Below are positions 25,376-39,642 of a stretch of 64,000 bases of DNA, piece after piece. The notes under the pieces were generated by a model, which saw nothing but the letters and a program-made list of their open reading frames with translations, was not told the DNA's origin and made no database searches. This stretch comes from Tubulanus polymorphus (lineage: Eukaryota > Animalia > Nemertea): NCBI RefSeq assembly GCF_964204645.1, contig NC_134027.1:62001-126000 (forward strand). The letters are read 5' to 3'. The stretch's first letter is position 1, and each line of letters starts with the position of its first letter. Both the position numbers and the translations under genes were made by a program.

Positions 25376-27740
25376 GAGTGCACGTTTGATAGAGCGTGCA
25401 CACCAGCCATAAATAAGCCCCAAATCGTTTATTGTTTTAAGCGGTTAATAGCGGTTGATAGCCCGTCTCAACTCATATCAATATCGAGCTCTTTAGATCC
25501 ATATGATAAAAACCATCGATAGAAATGTTGTTTTCAGTCTCAAAACAAACTGTCAGAACCAATCAAATTTCCGTTTAATGGTTTATGCTTGATATCTGAA
25601 ATGGGAATTCCTTTTCATATCAGCTTATAACAGATTTCAGCTATTAACCGAGTGTCATCTTGCCTGCGCGAACTCAGTCTGTTTATGATCAGAATCAAGA
25701 CGTTTTGACTGATAAAAACCTTGAATATTATGTACCTTTATCATAGAAATATTTCTGATATGCGGGGCCTCTCCCGGACAAATCTTCATTCGCCATTAAA
25801 GTAACGAGGATCATAAAGGCCACGCTCAGTTCGTTCCGCGTTTCTGTTTTACCGGGAGAATGTTTCTAATACTTCCGCGAGGTGAGACTTCATGCTTCTG
25901 ATACCGATGACTGAGGTATCTCGAGGAAGACTTTTTTATTCAATGAGAAATTAACGAGAAACCGATTGAAAACAAAACTGCCACACTTCCGGCAACTCCA
26001 CAGCAACGAGTGACTTTGTATACGAAAAGGTGACTCTGGCAACTTAGTTGAAATTAGGACAGTCATATATACATTCATGCCATGCCCGGAACGGAACCTT
26101 TTTCGACGAAAAACCACTAAATCACTAATGAAAATGTGACTAAATTGGGGAAAACCTATGAAACCAATTCCGCGTTTTTCGAATTCTTGAACAAGTTTAG
26201 GTCGGTTTCGAAAATGTCCTTTTCAACAATGAACTTTTCACGTATTATCAATAAATGCAAACAAAATGTAGCCTAGATAAAAATGGACATTAATTTGATA
26301 AAACTTGAATTGAGTATTGATAGAAGGGTGAGAATGAGCATCATGCCAGATTCTTAAATAAAAAACCCATCCAAAATCTGGGAAGCCTATTGGTCCAGAG
26401 AAAAACAGGCATGAAATGCTGGGTCATTACGTCATTTATGACTACACCCCCACGAAGTCTTTGAGCCGCGATGAAATGTCTCAAAACTAGGAGAACATAG
26501 TTTTACGCGTAATAAACCGCCACGAAATGAAAGTATATTTTTGTACTTTGCGCCTTGCAGCAAAAGCATCAGCAGAAAAAAACTCCTAATTTGTTCAGCC
26601 TTGATCATAAACTTCAACGCAGTGAAGGATATCAGAGAACGTTTTTCTCCCCTGCACGATTGCAGCTTAACAACTACTTATGATAAAGTGGTATTCGTCT
26701 TGTAAACTGTGATACTGTTAGAATCAGAGCCGGTTTATACAGACTGTAAATATCATCATATTCCATGATGAGATATTGCACGACTGAAGCGGAGACTGAT
26801 GCTGCTGCTCGAACGATGTGGAAAAAGTGAGACAAATACAAGATGATTTTGATTGAGTGCCTTTTGTACCCGCTTCACTCCTCGGGATAAGTATAAACAA
26901 TATATATATTTAAAAAGAATCTAAAACATAACAAAAAAACTTTCTGAAATGTTGTTATTAAAGGTATTCTTTTTTCTAAAGTTTTGGATGAAAAATTGTT
27001 AGACGTTGTATAAGTATTTCTTGTGGATGGACGCTAAACTTGCAGTAGGGACTATAGTTCCACAGTTCCTGGTGGTTACCCGATCCTTGCCCTCAACCCA
27101 AATAGTTAAAACACTGGCAATCAACTCAGCTTTAAAGAAACATTTTGTGGGATTGATTACAAAATCAAGCACCTTTCCCACTTCACCATTTTTTCCAAAA
27201 TCTTTGTAAGAAAAGAATAGATTTTTGAAGGAATTAGGTATTAAGATTTTTCTTTATTCCTCTAGCTCACAACAGAAAGAGACTTGGTCCATTTGCTGTG
27301 TATAAGAATTCGTCTGATTGTCTGAACTCACTGGGGGCATTGAAACCCTGCAGCAGCAGCATTATACCCCGCTCGATTAATATTTCAAACCAATCCATCA
27401 TAATTTGTGACAACCACTCGACAATTTCTTCAGCTAATTCACGGGTATAAAATTTTGATTATTGAATTATACCGTTAATCCGAAGGCGCGCTATTAAAAT
27501 ATGCATAACACGACGAAGATATCAATCATTTTTCCTGCACAATCGTACGAATATTTCTGCATTTTTGACAGTCGCTTTACGGGTTGTTTGACTCCGGGTT
27601 TTCCCACAGGACTCGTTCACCGAGTCGACGCTATAATACCATTTGACATGCGACGAATACTGAAACGCAACTAACTGTCGATTTGAAACGTCGTTAAAAC
27701 AATAATCATAAAAATATCTCCACGTTTAAACTAGTACTAA

Positions 27741-27759
27741 TGGTCACCAGGGGGCGTCT
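27741..27759 (+). promoter_or_regulatory. CTCF-like motif
   Basis: TGGTCACCAGGGGGCGTCT versus consensus TGGCCACCAGGGGGCGCTA. Confidence 0.5.
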
Positions 27760-29234
27760 ATGATAGTAGAATAGCCCTTTCACACTAACGCAGATAATAG
27801 ATGATATGATGAAATTCCACTGTGTATAAATCAAAGAAAAATTCTTGAGTCAAAAATTCAGAACCGATGACGCCGTGGCGTGTGAGGACAAAACAAAAAC
27901 CAGGGGTTATACGTAGATGGCGTCTAAAGATGTTTTAGGCGAAACGAAGAATGAATCTGGCAGATACCTGCACTTTATAACCCCTGAAAGTGTTTCATAC
28001 CGAACATAAATATGAAACCGGTTGAGAGAGAGGGGTGGGGGAAGAAAACATGGTTTTATCAAGAAACAACGTGTTCGCATAAGGTGAGATATCATATACA
28101 TCGGAGCATTAGATAAATAACAGCACATGTTCATAACAAGTTTGATAGACAGGTCAGGCACCGGTGAGCTAGAGAGAGATAGAGAGAAACAAAGATACCA
28201 ACATCACATTTTATACCAAACATTCGTTTTCAATAAGACACTGATATTTCAGATATTTCATTCGACTTCCCACGAAGGTGAATTTCAGCGACTCGGCTCC
28301 ACTAAGGTTGAAGAGACATCCAACGAAATATAGTCTTCATGTTATGTAAACAATTCAACTAGATCGGATTTAATCGGTCCGCGGATTGTAAAACAAACTG
28401 AGAGTTGACTTATTCCATGGTTGGACTTGATTGATTTAGTGTTCCCGGCAGGTGTGTTGGGTTTGTAGGAAACACACTTGATAAACAAGAGGTCCAAAAA
28501 CCATCTTGATGCGTGTAACGGATTCGATTTCGTCTTTGTTGTTGTTGGTTAAGATTTGGCTCTTGACGGAAATGAGTTACTTGTTGACTCTACGCGGGGT
28601 CAAACTTGAAAACTGGACCCGGTATTACGATATCCATATATACCTAACTACGTTGAATTTGGTTACGACATCAGAACCTGGTTCAAGGAAACTGGTCTCG
28701 AGTTAGTCTTGAGTTAGATCAAAATAGAAGTATGCAAATCTCGAGTTATGATGAGCTCAAACTGAAATTAATTCTCAACTGCGATGTTTCATAACAGCGG
28801 TTTTCGACGGTACGGAATTCTGCTTCAGAAGCGATGCATTATTTTAATCTTCAAAAACAGATGCTTCACGGTAACAGCAGTCAGTCAGTCAGTCGTCGGG
28901 AACACGCGCCTTCTTTAAGAAATGATGTTTCGTATCAAATGGAAAAATGAGCAAGAACGCAAGCTATGAAACATCACAGTTTAGAGCAGCTAATTGGAAA
29001 TTTGATCCAACTCGATCTGATTTCAAAATTCACTCGCTTCTAGTTGATGTACTTGTCTTATCCAAACATTGATCTGAAGTATTGAACCGCTCTGCAGGAT
29101 TGGGCGAGTATGCGGTACTTAGCCTTCTCTCGATTCGCCTAAACTAAGGCGATACCATAGAGTTAAAACTACAGGCATGAGAACACGATTTAGGGGGAAA
29201 TAATGCAAGGGTTCACAATTTTCAGAATTCAAAA

Positions 29235-29392
29235 CCTAGTTCACAGTTCAGGACCCAGTTCCATAGTTCAGGACCCATTTCCACAGTAAAGGACCCAGTT
29301 CCACAGTAAAGGACCCGACCAGTTCCACAGTAAAGGACCCGACCAGTTCCACAGTTCTAGAACTAGTTTCCTGATTCTCGACCTAGATTTAC
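29235..29392 (-). repeat. 19-23-bp tandem array of the ggacccagttccacagt core
   Basis: About 7 short units. Confidence 0.85.
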
Positions 29393-30126
29393 AGGTTTTG
29401 GTAAAGTTCGATTCGAAATGGTGAAATTAGTTCGTTTCTAGTGGTCTTACTTAATCTGTCAAATCTAAACAGTAAATTGTGGAGCCGAGCTCCGCACAAT
29501 GGAAATATTCAACCGAATTCTAGCGACTTAAATTTCCCTTGAGAAAATATAATATTTCAGCGAACACAAATTTTCAATTATTTGTCTTCTCGAAATCAGG
29601 AGCGACAAATACGTGAGACACATGGAATATAATACCAGCACAAATACGCATTATGTTTTAAGATTTGCGTTCAAATATTGCTAACAAATAAACATCTGAG
29701 TTTACTTTAACTATAATACATTAAAACCTATAGTCAAATAAAGCTTAACAGCGCATTATAGCCTTCTTATATTCTATTTACTAATATTAACAAATCGACG
29801 AATTCGCAAACACGGAAAGTGCATTTTCACACTTGATCGAGTCAAAATATTGACACCTTCAAAAGCACGCACATGTAACCATTCTGTGTATGAATAAACG
29901 ATATTGGATATTTTTATAGTTATCGCCATGAATAAAGACAGGCCTGGTTACTAGGTTGGCTACTCGATATAGGGTTTCAATTACTATTATATATTCTGTT
30001 TGCATTAGTTTGAAATAGTAATAAGTTGATTAATAGGTTTAGATTGAGGGGAGTAACATGAGCCACCGGTAGTAGCTGGAGTAGTCAACCGGACAGGGAC
30101 TGTGTGTTTCTCATAACAAAACATCA

Positions 30127-30217
30127 GGATCCAGTTCTACAGTTACAATTATTTCGTGTTCAATGTTTTAAAACCTTTAAGAGCCAAATCTTTATTCATA
30201 ACTGTGTAACTGGGTCC
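30127..30217. mobile_element. 91-bp MITE with GGA(T/C)CCAGTT..ACAGTTA TIRs
   Basis: Left ggatccagttctacagtta versus right reverse complement ggacccagttacacagtta. A second TIR starts immediately after. Confidence 0.65.
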
Positions 30218-33200
30218 CGGATCCAGTTCCACAGTTGTGAGTTACAGTTGAAACTAGGCTCATTTTCGATGAGTTGATTCTGAGTCAAATCCTTTCTCAA
30301 AGCTGACTAGATCTGATTACAGTACATACAGTGTAATTATTGATTGCTAATATTTGTTTGTTCTGAAATAGTAAAATTATTGTCTCGTTAAACAGAATCC
30401 TGCTTGTTGATTTATTTTACAAAGATGAAAATATAAATGTTTCCAAAACACAAAAGGTATTTCGACCAATGTCTATATCAATAAGAGGGGAGATAACGAT
30501 CAGGAAGTGTGCGTTGATCCAACATTTAAGATTAGAAATAATTCTATCAAAATTTCGGTCGAAAATCAAACATTCGCTTTTTAATAATACTTGGAACGAG
30601 CCAGTCCCTGGAATACGGGGAATCCCAATAGGGAAGCCCAACCCAGTTCGCTGATCTTTTCAAAGCAACAATCCTTTATTCTTATCACAAATTATTATTA
30701 TTATATAACAAGGTAACCAGAGCTTAGCGTGGTTGTTTTGGCTCCATTTTGAGTGGGGTTTCTCGACAAGTTTGAAATGATGATTTGAGCCGTGGTTACG
30801 TCATTTTACTTACATAGCCTTTATCGTTAAGAACCCACGCATATTTTCACAGTCGGCCGGGAATCTGTGAACAGAAGAATTCAAGAGCTCTCTTCTTTAT
30901 TTGCCAAGGTGAAATCGAAACATAAGTGTGAAAACATTACGAAACGTTTCACTGTATCCGAAATCCATCAAAACAATAAAAACAGTTGTTCTTTTGATAA
31001 TATTTTCATTTAGATTTAGAAAACCGTTATTAAACAGATTTTGTATCTTCAGTAGAAATCAAATGGCGAATGACTAAGATCGTATGAGTATAATCGAAAG
31101 AATGGAATCTAGAAAGGACGGATAAACATAAATACAGGCACCTTTTCGAATATTAGTGACGACTAACTAAGATCGAATAACTTAAGTGTAAGGAATGAAA
31201 TCTTATGACGAATATGAGCAACAAATGAAATTAGAGAGTAAAAGAGCCTATATGTTCTCGGTTATTCGACAGTCGAATAGATTTTACCCGAAGCCATGTT
31301 CTAAAAATGTATAGTTTTCACGAATTCATTAAAAAGCGGAAATTCAGACGGTATTTTGTCCCGACTGAAAGCGACGTCATGTTTAAAACATGTTCACAAA
31401 GGAAACTAAAACTAATGACAATACATTAACTTTCTCTCTTGAATATAGCTATAGATTTATACAACATATTCTTCAGTAATTGGTGCTTTTTCGATCATCA
31501 AAAATTCTCATTATTCCAGGCTATATAATTAACCTTATATTAGAAATCAATGCCAGCCATTGTACGGTGCCCGACGTAGAGGTGCAAAACAATCTTAAAC
31601 AATAGCCCAGCAATTTTAACAAATCCTATTAAGCTGCCTATTATATATTTTCATATGAATGGATTAATTTCTGGAGCAGATGAATGCCCTGACACCTTCG
31701 GGATGTCATAATCTATCAGACAGCGCCGAATAAAAGGCTATTAGGTCATTTTTGCCTGAAGCGATTGGGCAATAATTCTATTGGTGGTTTAGACATTGCT
31801 ATGATATTAAAAACGACAAGGTCTAATTGATAGTTTTATTGTAACGAGGAGCGAAATTGGGCGGTATTTTTGTTATAGATTTCGCGGTTTAAACTAATGT
31901 CGTCCCCGGAGACTTTGAAACTAAGCCCGCTGCAACCGTACAACTTCAACATGTATGGGTGGGGAAGCATTGGAAATGCCACAATTCAACAAATCCTAAA
32001 ATATTGAAATCAAAGTTACGAAAAAATGAAGCCTGACTTAGAAATTGAGAAAAAATTAAGGAAATATGATCTAAGGCTGAAAATCACTACTTTAACTCGT
32101 CCTGTGTCTAACAATCAGAAGTAAATGAACTTAAATTCAATTGACCAAAAGTCGTATACTGGAAACCAGCATGAAATATCGTGTTTTGGAAACTCACTAG
32201 AAGCTTTTGAAAACGATTAAATTTCTTTAAAACATAGATTTACCAGAAAAGGAGAAATTTGAAATATTGATTTTATATGAAATTCGCATGAGAACAAGTG
32301 AACATGATCGACATTTGAATTTATGTCTTATTTCAAATAAGTTCAACAATACTTCAATTTGACCAATTCAACAGTGACGAATACACATAGATATGAATTA
32401 TAGTGAGATTCTAATGTTACTGTATAATTCTGTCTATGTTTATAATGAGATTATTGTCGGTTTTGAGTGAATTCTAACTGTTTATATTTGACAAATTCTG
32501 GTCTAACTCGGTGAGAAGAAACCTGGCCGTGTGAATGAACTGGAACCGGAATTTCTAATTATAAATCTTCGGTAGCGAGTTGAGGAAGTTGAATGAGTAA
32601 ATAAATTCATTTACTCATTTCTAATTATACCCTTTTAATTCTAACAAAAAAAAATCCGACTATTATCTGTACTTCAATTTCTGATATGAAAATTAAAAGA
32701 AAAAAAACCGTTTCCTTATCAGGTTTGACTGGTGGGTTTGACAAAAACATAAATCAAATCAATCAAGTAAATAAAAGGGACACGAATCGCTATTCGAAGA
32801 TGAGAGATCAGTTCTGAGAAGGCGACTCGCAGCTCGCGGCTGCAGCGCTGCCAGAAGCGCCATCACTGATCCCGCGAGCTAGTTACATTTCTGCGAAAAC
32901 CGTCGCTGAATCCAAACCTGCATCTCGGCTATCCTGACCTCAAACCGCGGACATTCATTTGTCAAAATTTCTATATAACTGTTTTATGCCCGTATAAGAA
33001 AAGAATTTCGAACATTAATTCCGGTTTTTATGCCCTTCGTGTATGAAACAGTTTCAATGCGCGCTCCGGGTCTTTATAATAGAAAACATCACAATCAACC
33101 AGACGAAACTTTATAGAAGAATAAAGAATTATGAGCGATCATTTTAAACAATAAATCATTTTGACCCCGAATTCTGGCTTTCCTATTAGTTCCATATGAA

Positions 33201-33311
33201 CCTGTGGAAATTGATGATGATATCTTCAATTATTGAAGACCAAACACAAAAGACGTTCTTTCTCGGTTATTTATGCTGAATTCCATAAACGTCTTATTTA
33301 AAAAGCACATC

Positions 33312-33410
33312 GTTTGACACGGAGATGCAGAGCGGTTGGTTCTCCAGACCCACGCCCGGGTTTGACACGGAGATGCAGAGCGGTTGGTTATCCAGACCCA
33401 CACCCGGGTT
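33312..33410. repeat. 48-bp tandem duplication (2 copies, 2 mismatches)
   Basis: gtttgacacggagatgcagagcggttggtt..cagacccac.cccgg twice. Confidence 0.95.
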
Positions 33411-35111
33411 TTAAAGGCTAGCTGAAGAGGATAAAGTAATGTTCTGGTTCCAGTATTTTATGAAATTTTATTAAACATGGCGAGACTTTTAATTCTAAAT
33501 CGTAATAATTAAAGTCTGATGATATTTTCTCGATGTGAATAATGGTGTTCTCCGCTGGACTCAGAATTTAACTTATAAGCGCCGAGAACAGTTCTGATTT
33601 TCGTAAAATGCCAAATTCACATTTATAAATAACTCAGTCATAATATAATGGTTTTTGTTATAAGTATTTCCCCTCGGTTGCCCCAATGTTTACTGTAGAT
33701 TTTATTTATATAATTTCAAACACGTCTCTGGTGGGTAATGTTTGTACTGGCGGTAGACTGGTTACTGGTAGTAGTGGTCAGGGTTACACCTGAGCCGTCA
33801 AACATCACTAAACGCGCCATACCACTGTATATTATCATTATTCAAACGCTCTATCAATTTTCAGATGGAAAGTTTATGACGGCCAGAAGTAAATATTAAC
33901 ATGGAAATATACCCGGAGATGAAGGTGATAATTATAACCAGCACGAGCAGCAGTAACAGCGGCGGCGGCCCCCGGGAAGATATACTATACAGCACGTGTT
34001 TTAATTCTATAGAAATTAAAAATGAACAATGAAATATTAATTAGAGAAGTCATTTCAGTTTCGGTACTCAGAAAGTTAATGTCGTTTTATAAGTCGGGTA
34101 TTATTTTGATTCTAAATTAAGCAGACCGTATTCAGTTATTTTGTTATCCCCTCGGGAACTATGATACTCTCTAAAATATAGTTATTATGAAATTTAGGTA
34201 AGAGTAAAAATGCTGATGAATCTGATGTCATCTTCTTGCACACTTCGATCCGTTTAACCATCAGGTCTAAACAAAAGGAGTGTCGGAAATATGGCACACA
34301 TGTGTGCGGCGCAGACATGACGACATTCCAGAGCTCCCTGTCTCCTTGCAGCTGCAGTGATAACTGACAGCTCTGTGATAGCTTAACACCGATAGCTGAC
34401 AGCTTCCAGGCTACATTTTGTCAACAGAAATATAACAATTATATGATAAGGGTTTATGGCCCACCTGGCAAATCCTCAGAAATTTATATGGCTCGTAAAG
34501 AAAATCCACAATGAAAGGAAAAAGGGTTTTGAAATATTACGTAACGATCGAGAGGAAGAGAGAGTGAAAATTTCAACATGAAAAATTTATGAATTTATCC
34601 CTCGGAAGATGACGCAAACCTGAACGTGCTTAAACTAGTATAGATTTTTGAGACCGCGGAATAATTTGATATTGAAAACTTTGAGAAGCGAAAAAATATT
34701 AAAAACTTCATATAAAAAAAAACTAGTAGAAAATTACCTGAGAAATGATCCGTTGAGATTCACAGTAGAATACTACACTATAGCAGAGGACAAGATCTCA
34801 GAAATCTGTTCCCAAAAAATATTTTCAGTCACTTTCGGTTAAATCGTCCTTTTCTGTATCAATAAATCCGTGACTTGTAACAATTCACTAATTTCCCCGT
34901 TCGAATATTTTAGTCCAAAAATTCCATTTTTTCCTCCTCGATCGCATTGGAAAACACTGAGGGGGGTCTGTCGTGGTCTGTCTGACAAGCCGAACTAATC
35001 AAACCAGTTAAACCTTACAACACATCGAACACACACTCGAACTCCGCCGAGAAAACTTAAAACTATTAAAAAAAGATTTTGAAAAAATTCTATAATTTTG
35101 ATTAAACTTAC

Positions 35112-35226
35112 CGTCATTTTCTGCAGTAGTTTGGTCGGGAATAGTAGTCGAACTAATCGGTGGTTGTGATGAGAGTAATTCGTCAGAGCCGAGATGTTGC
35201 GGATTCGACTGCTTGCGACGAGACAT
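35112..35226 (-). CDS. sal: spalt/SALL-family zinc-finger transcription factor, coding exon 1 (MSRRKQSNPQHL...TAEND, 38 codons + 1 nt)
   Basis: ATG at 35226 in agcATG context. Encodes the MSRRKQxxP NuRD-binding motif typical of SALL/BCL11/FOG. Ends at donor G|GTAAGT (35111). Phase 1, joins exon 2 in frame. Confidence 0.92.
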
Positions 35227-35700
35227 GCTGAATAATCTTTGACGTAAATGATGCAAAAACTCGACTGATATCGCGTACGCTACTGCGCATGCCTGAATTA
35301 TGATATTACTGAAGAGAGATTATCATAACGGAACAGAAAGAGAGCCTTTCATTGGTGTTCAGCGCCGTGCAACTACAGTCGTAAGTCCTGCCCTACGGAA
35401 GCTATGAATCAATTCAGTTGTAAATCCAAACAATTATTACTTCTCCACGCGGCGAGATGAGCGAGAGAGAGAGAGTGAGTTGAGAGAGAGCTCCGGCAGA
35501 TGCGTCCGTCTTCTGCGCGAGTAAGAACGAGTTTGTGAGAATCTGTGTGTGTGTAACCTTTGATAGGATCGCCTCGCAGCCGAGCGCACCGCACAATCAA
35601 ATACACCTTCACAGAAAGCGACGCTCTGCTGAGAGAGAAGGGGAGGCTGCCGCGGTTTAAAGTCGCGACGCAGATTGACACTAGTTTGTGATCTTAAGAA
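35227..35700 (-). promoter_or_regulatory. putative sal 5'UTR / proximal promoter
   Basis: CpG-rich. Inr-like TCAGTC on minus strand (35263-35268), NRF1-like TGCGCATGC (35284-35292), CCAAT on minus strand (35351-35355, about 87 nt upstream of the Inr) and a GAGA tract (about 35455-35490). TSS not proven. Confidence 0.5.
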
Positions 35701-36767
35701 TTATATAACCCCAACACGATTCGCATCGAGGTGTTTCGATTTTTGGACGGCGCGCTTTTGTCAACCGGGGGTAATTTTCATACACGACAAATTATCAATC
35801 ACTGGTTCCTTTGTTTCCTGTTCGTCGCGGTTGATCGTATAAACCTCTATAGCAGGGTCGTTGTTTTAAGGTGTCGACCACGCATTCTTATACTCAATTA
35901 GAAATAGGAACATTAAAAATCATTTATAAGTCTCTCTCGAAACGCGATATGTTTTAGACATTAATCATAATTTGTGCCGCGGGTCACGTGATTATATCGT
36001 ATACGATACAATAAAATAGCAATTCATATTTCAAACAAAGCATTTCCGGCGAAAGAGCAATTTTTAGAAAGGAAACTTCTTAGCGATAAAATCAACCGCC
36101 AGATCTTTATGTTCAAGAGGTAGGAATTATTGAGTATAAGTCGTTAACTCTGCGGAAGTGATTTTCGGCTCCGGTTTTTATCCGGAGGCGATCGATATTT
36201 TTCATATTCGTTTGATGCTAAAAAGTCAATGGAGGAATTTGATGAAAGAATTTCTATGAAACAAAAGTTAAAACTTGAATATCCTAGAGTTTAGATAACT
36301 TGTTTATTGATGATTTTGAAAACTATGTAAGCATTTATATGAAATGTGCCAACGAATAATACTTAAATACCTCTGATAATTAACCATTTTGGGAATTATA
36401 AATTTAGTTTGACAGAAATTCAGTAATTTGTGTTTGATTCACGATAAGTTCTAGGAATCTAGAAATCAGTTAATTATTGTCAAATACATAAGTATTAGAT
36501 AACTTTATGGTCAAATTCAAAGCAAGCACTGTGGAACTGGGTCCTGTTGTGGTCGCTGTTTTTTCTCAGGGTGTGGCCGGTGATAAGCTGGTTTTTGTTT
36601 GAAGAAGTTATCTCTCGGGTGTATTGTGTATTGTGTGTGGAGGAGATGGTTTGATATCAGTTTGATATCAGTCAATCTGATTGGTCGACTATCTCTCATC
36701 AATCAATCACACACAGTTATATGAAATCCATAATTTATCTGGCGTGCTCCACCTCCCCGCTACCACC

Positions 36768-36776
36768 ACCACCAGC

Positions 36777-36808
<32 letters not shown>

Positions 36809-36809
36809 T
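36768..36809. repeat. (ACC)n(AGC)n trinucleotide repeat
   Basis: Direct reading. Confidence 0.9.
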
Positions 36810-37270
36810 CTCCCTCTCCCTCCTTACAGCAGCAACGCGCACTACTCACACACAACGCATCTCAATAGCTGCTATACTGATCTAGTTCAGATGTCATCAC
36901 AGAAGAATAAGAAAAAATCCGTTTCACCACATCGAATCTTGAATCGTAATGGAGCCATCTTTCTACCGCTACATAGGGGTCCCACTGTCTTAGTCATTAC
37001 ACATAGTGTTACTCTTAACCAATAAAACTCTCTCAGATCTTTTAGTCATTTATATGAATGTTCAGCGCGCGTTCCATTTCACGTTGATAAAACCAAAAAT
37101 AAAACTAATATTGGGGTGCTTGAGAACATACTATTTAGAATAATGGTCAGTCTTGAGAGCGTAGTCTAGAAACTAGAAGCGGGCATAGTCTTAAGTCAAA
37201 GTCATTAACATGTTATAACTTCACAAATCTGAAGCCGAGGTCGCTGTGGTTAGCATTAACTGTACAACTT

Positions 37271-37413
37271 GGGTCATTTGCACAGTCATGGTTTCGATCT
37301 AAGACTATAGTCAAAGAGCATCTTAGTTCTACAACCGATCTAATAACTTAAGACTAGCCTTTAGAGATTCGAGACCACCTTTGGGCTTAAGTCCCGACTG
37401 TGCAACTGGACCC
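37271..37413. mobile_element. 143-bp MITE: GGGTC(C)A(G/T)TTGCACAGTC TIRs enclosing the AAGAC/TTAGTTCTA internal family
   Basis: Left gggtcatttgcacagtc versus right reverse complement gggtccagttgcacagtc. Confidence 0.7.
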
Positions 37414-38369
37414 GGGCTCAAGATCAACCTTTACCTCTTAGTAAAACTATTGTGCCTACATTTTCTCATTTTCTCCACCATACGATTTTTTCAAGGTTTT
37501 CTCGCAGCAGTTTTATCACTACACTTGTTAAGACACCATTGTCTTCATCACAATCATCGACACAATATGGACTTAATTTCACAAGAAAAGTGTCACAATC
37601 TTCGTCATAGATCGTAGGCGTCAGCAGCGATTTGATAAAACTCACACAGCGAGTGGTCTCTCCCTCTCTTCACTAGATTTGTGCCCGGTTTTTTATTATT
37701 AAAGAGACTCGCGCGCGTCGTTAAAGATGTTCATTTCTGATTTGAATTATGACCGGTGTCTGGGTGTGTTGGAGTTTAACTGTTCTTAACGCGTCGCCAG
37801 TATTAAGATGAAAAAACAAATACACTGCACTTGTTCTATTGTTCACATGGCTGTTCAGTCTGTGTTCGCCCACTCCTTCAATATGCCATGAGATTTATCG
37901 TTTTGGATTATCTGATATTCCGCGTCCGGTAAGAAAGAAGCCACACGGCGCTCTTTCTTACTCTAGTGGAAATTATCATTTTTTATTTGTGGATGTCAGA
38001 TCGAGTTATTTTACTGAATAAACGCGAAGACCAGGTCGTAATTTGTATTAAGGTAACTGAAGATGAGGAAATTATCAACTCTATTCGGGGTCAAATAAAC
38101 TGCTAACTGTAGGAAACAATCCTGGATCTCAGGGTGACCGAGCGGTGTTAGAACGAGGCGACACACACGAGGTCAAAACTATTTATACCCAACAATCAAT
38201 TAAACAGTGTATCACGTGTTCAGTATTGTCACTTCCGCTAGTCGCACGTGTCAGTGCGCTACTATAAAAACACTAACTACAGGTCGGCACGATGGAGCGA
38301 GTTAGCGGGCCATTTCGTATCGGCGATATTCGGCGATAAAACACGACGACGCTGCTACGTCACGGCTGA

Positions 38370-38406
38370 GTAACGTAACGTAACGTAACGTAACGTAACG
38401 TAACGT
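38370..38406. repeat. (TAACG)7 microsatellite
   Basis: Direct reading. Confidence 0.95.
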
Positions 38407-39476
38407 CACATTTATACGTAATAAACGTAACGAGCGTTTACGGAATGATTTTTGCAGCAATAACGGATTTAAGAAATTAAATATAATTGAACCGCTCTGT
38501 AATTACAGAGATATTTCAGCGCCACGGATCGCGTCCTCGCTCTCCTTATATCCATACACATTCAAACTTACACGTGACCTCTTTATAGTTGTTTGCGTGC
38601 AGTAATCGTAACAAATCATGACAAAGAAATTCGCCGGTAATTTTGAGGGGCAGAAACTGCCAATCAAGCCCTGGTAAGTGGGGACAACATCCTTTTACAG
38701 ATTCCTCCAGCGTGTGCCAAATTGCGCGCACTCCAAGATCGATTTGAGAAATTGGCAAGATCGTGTACCGAAAGCTATAAATCTACGGGCTATAGAAACT
38801 GACCCTGGCAAGTAAGGGTAAGCAAACTTGAAAAAAAACTCTTGTTTAGCGGACGTAATGAAGGTCTAGAAACTGAATCTGGCAAGTATATTCCAGGCAG
38901 GGGATGCTTTTATTTCATATATTGTGCGGGGTTCGAGTCCCTACAGTTTGTTATAATGGTGTGCTGGTTTTATAGCGCACACCACGCCTCGGTTACACCA
39001 CCAGTGAGACCACGCACACTGAAAAAGGAAATTCCGATTGCTTTTAAAATATACAACCAAGTCCTGTTCTTACTGATGGAATTGCTCCCGTATGGTTAAA
39101 CGGCATTTGCACTTAGTGACAGAGCGAGAGTTTATACCGGTGAGTGACGCGGGATATTTCCATGCCAATACAAAAAATAAGAATATCCCATCACGCGGCA
39201 GAAGCTTCAATTTGCACGGATTTCTTTCTTCGTTAGACTTTTTAATTTTGATGCTTCATTTTCTACAGATTTTCCTTCGAGTTTAAAATCGTAATGGATT
39301 AAAAGGATTCGTTTTAGTTTAATCTATGCGCGGTCAATTTGTATTTTGCAAAATACGAACAACGATTTCTGTTTGTTACTTTGTAACAGTATAATCATGA
39401 TTTGGAACATTATCTATATATATATGATACAGTTTGATTACGAGTTGAAATCAGTTCATTTTCAACGAGTCAAACA

Positions 39477-39642
39477 CGGTGAAACCTCGTTACAACCAAC
39501 CAGAAAAACCTCGTCGTTATAACCGATAGTTCGTTATATCCAGTATGAAATTAATTAAATTTTCTTACTCGGGACTAAATTCTATATTTAGTTATATCCG
39601 ATGAAATGTTGTATCCGAGTTCGTTATAACGAGGTTACGCTG
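39477..39642. mobile_element. Tc1/mariner-pogo (Tigger)-like MITE, about 165 bp
   Basis: Left cggtgaaacctcgttacaac versus right reverse complement cagcgtaacctcgttataac. Internal GTTATA(A/T)CC subrepeats are typical of such elements. TA TSD is eroded. Confidence 0.65.

Larger units (their letters stand above)
12248..35111 (-). other. sal intron 1 (22,864 nt, phase 1)
   Basis: GT..AG boundaries give an in-frame exon1-exon2 join (G+TT = Val). Unseen minor exons cannot be excluded. Confidence 0.8.

Noticed and set aside
35008-35256. 82-aa ORF as a standalone gene
   Set aside because: Starts at a non-ATG codon. Only 35112-35226 is coding, and the rest reads through the splice donor into the intron.
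14200-38940. Isolated perfect B boxes at 14200-14210 (minus) and 38930-38940 (plus) as Pol III genes
   Set aside because: No A box or tRNA fold nearby. Could be SINE debris or chance.
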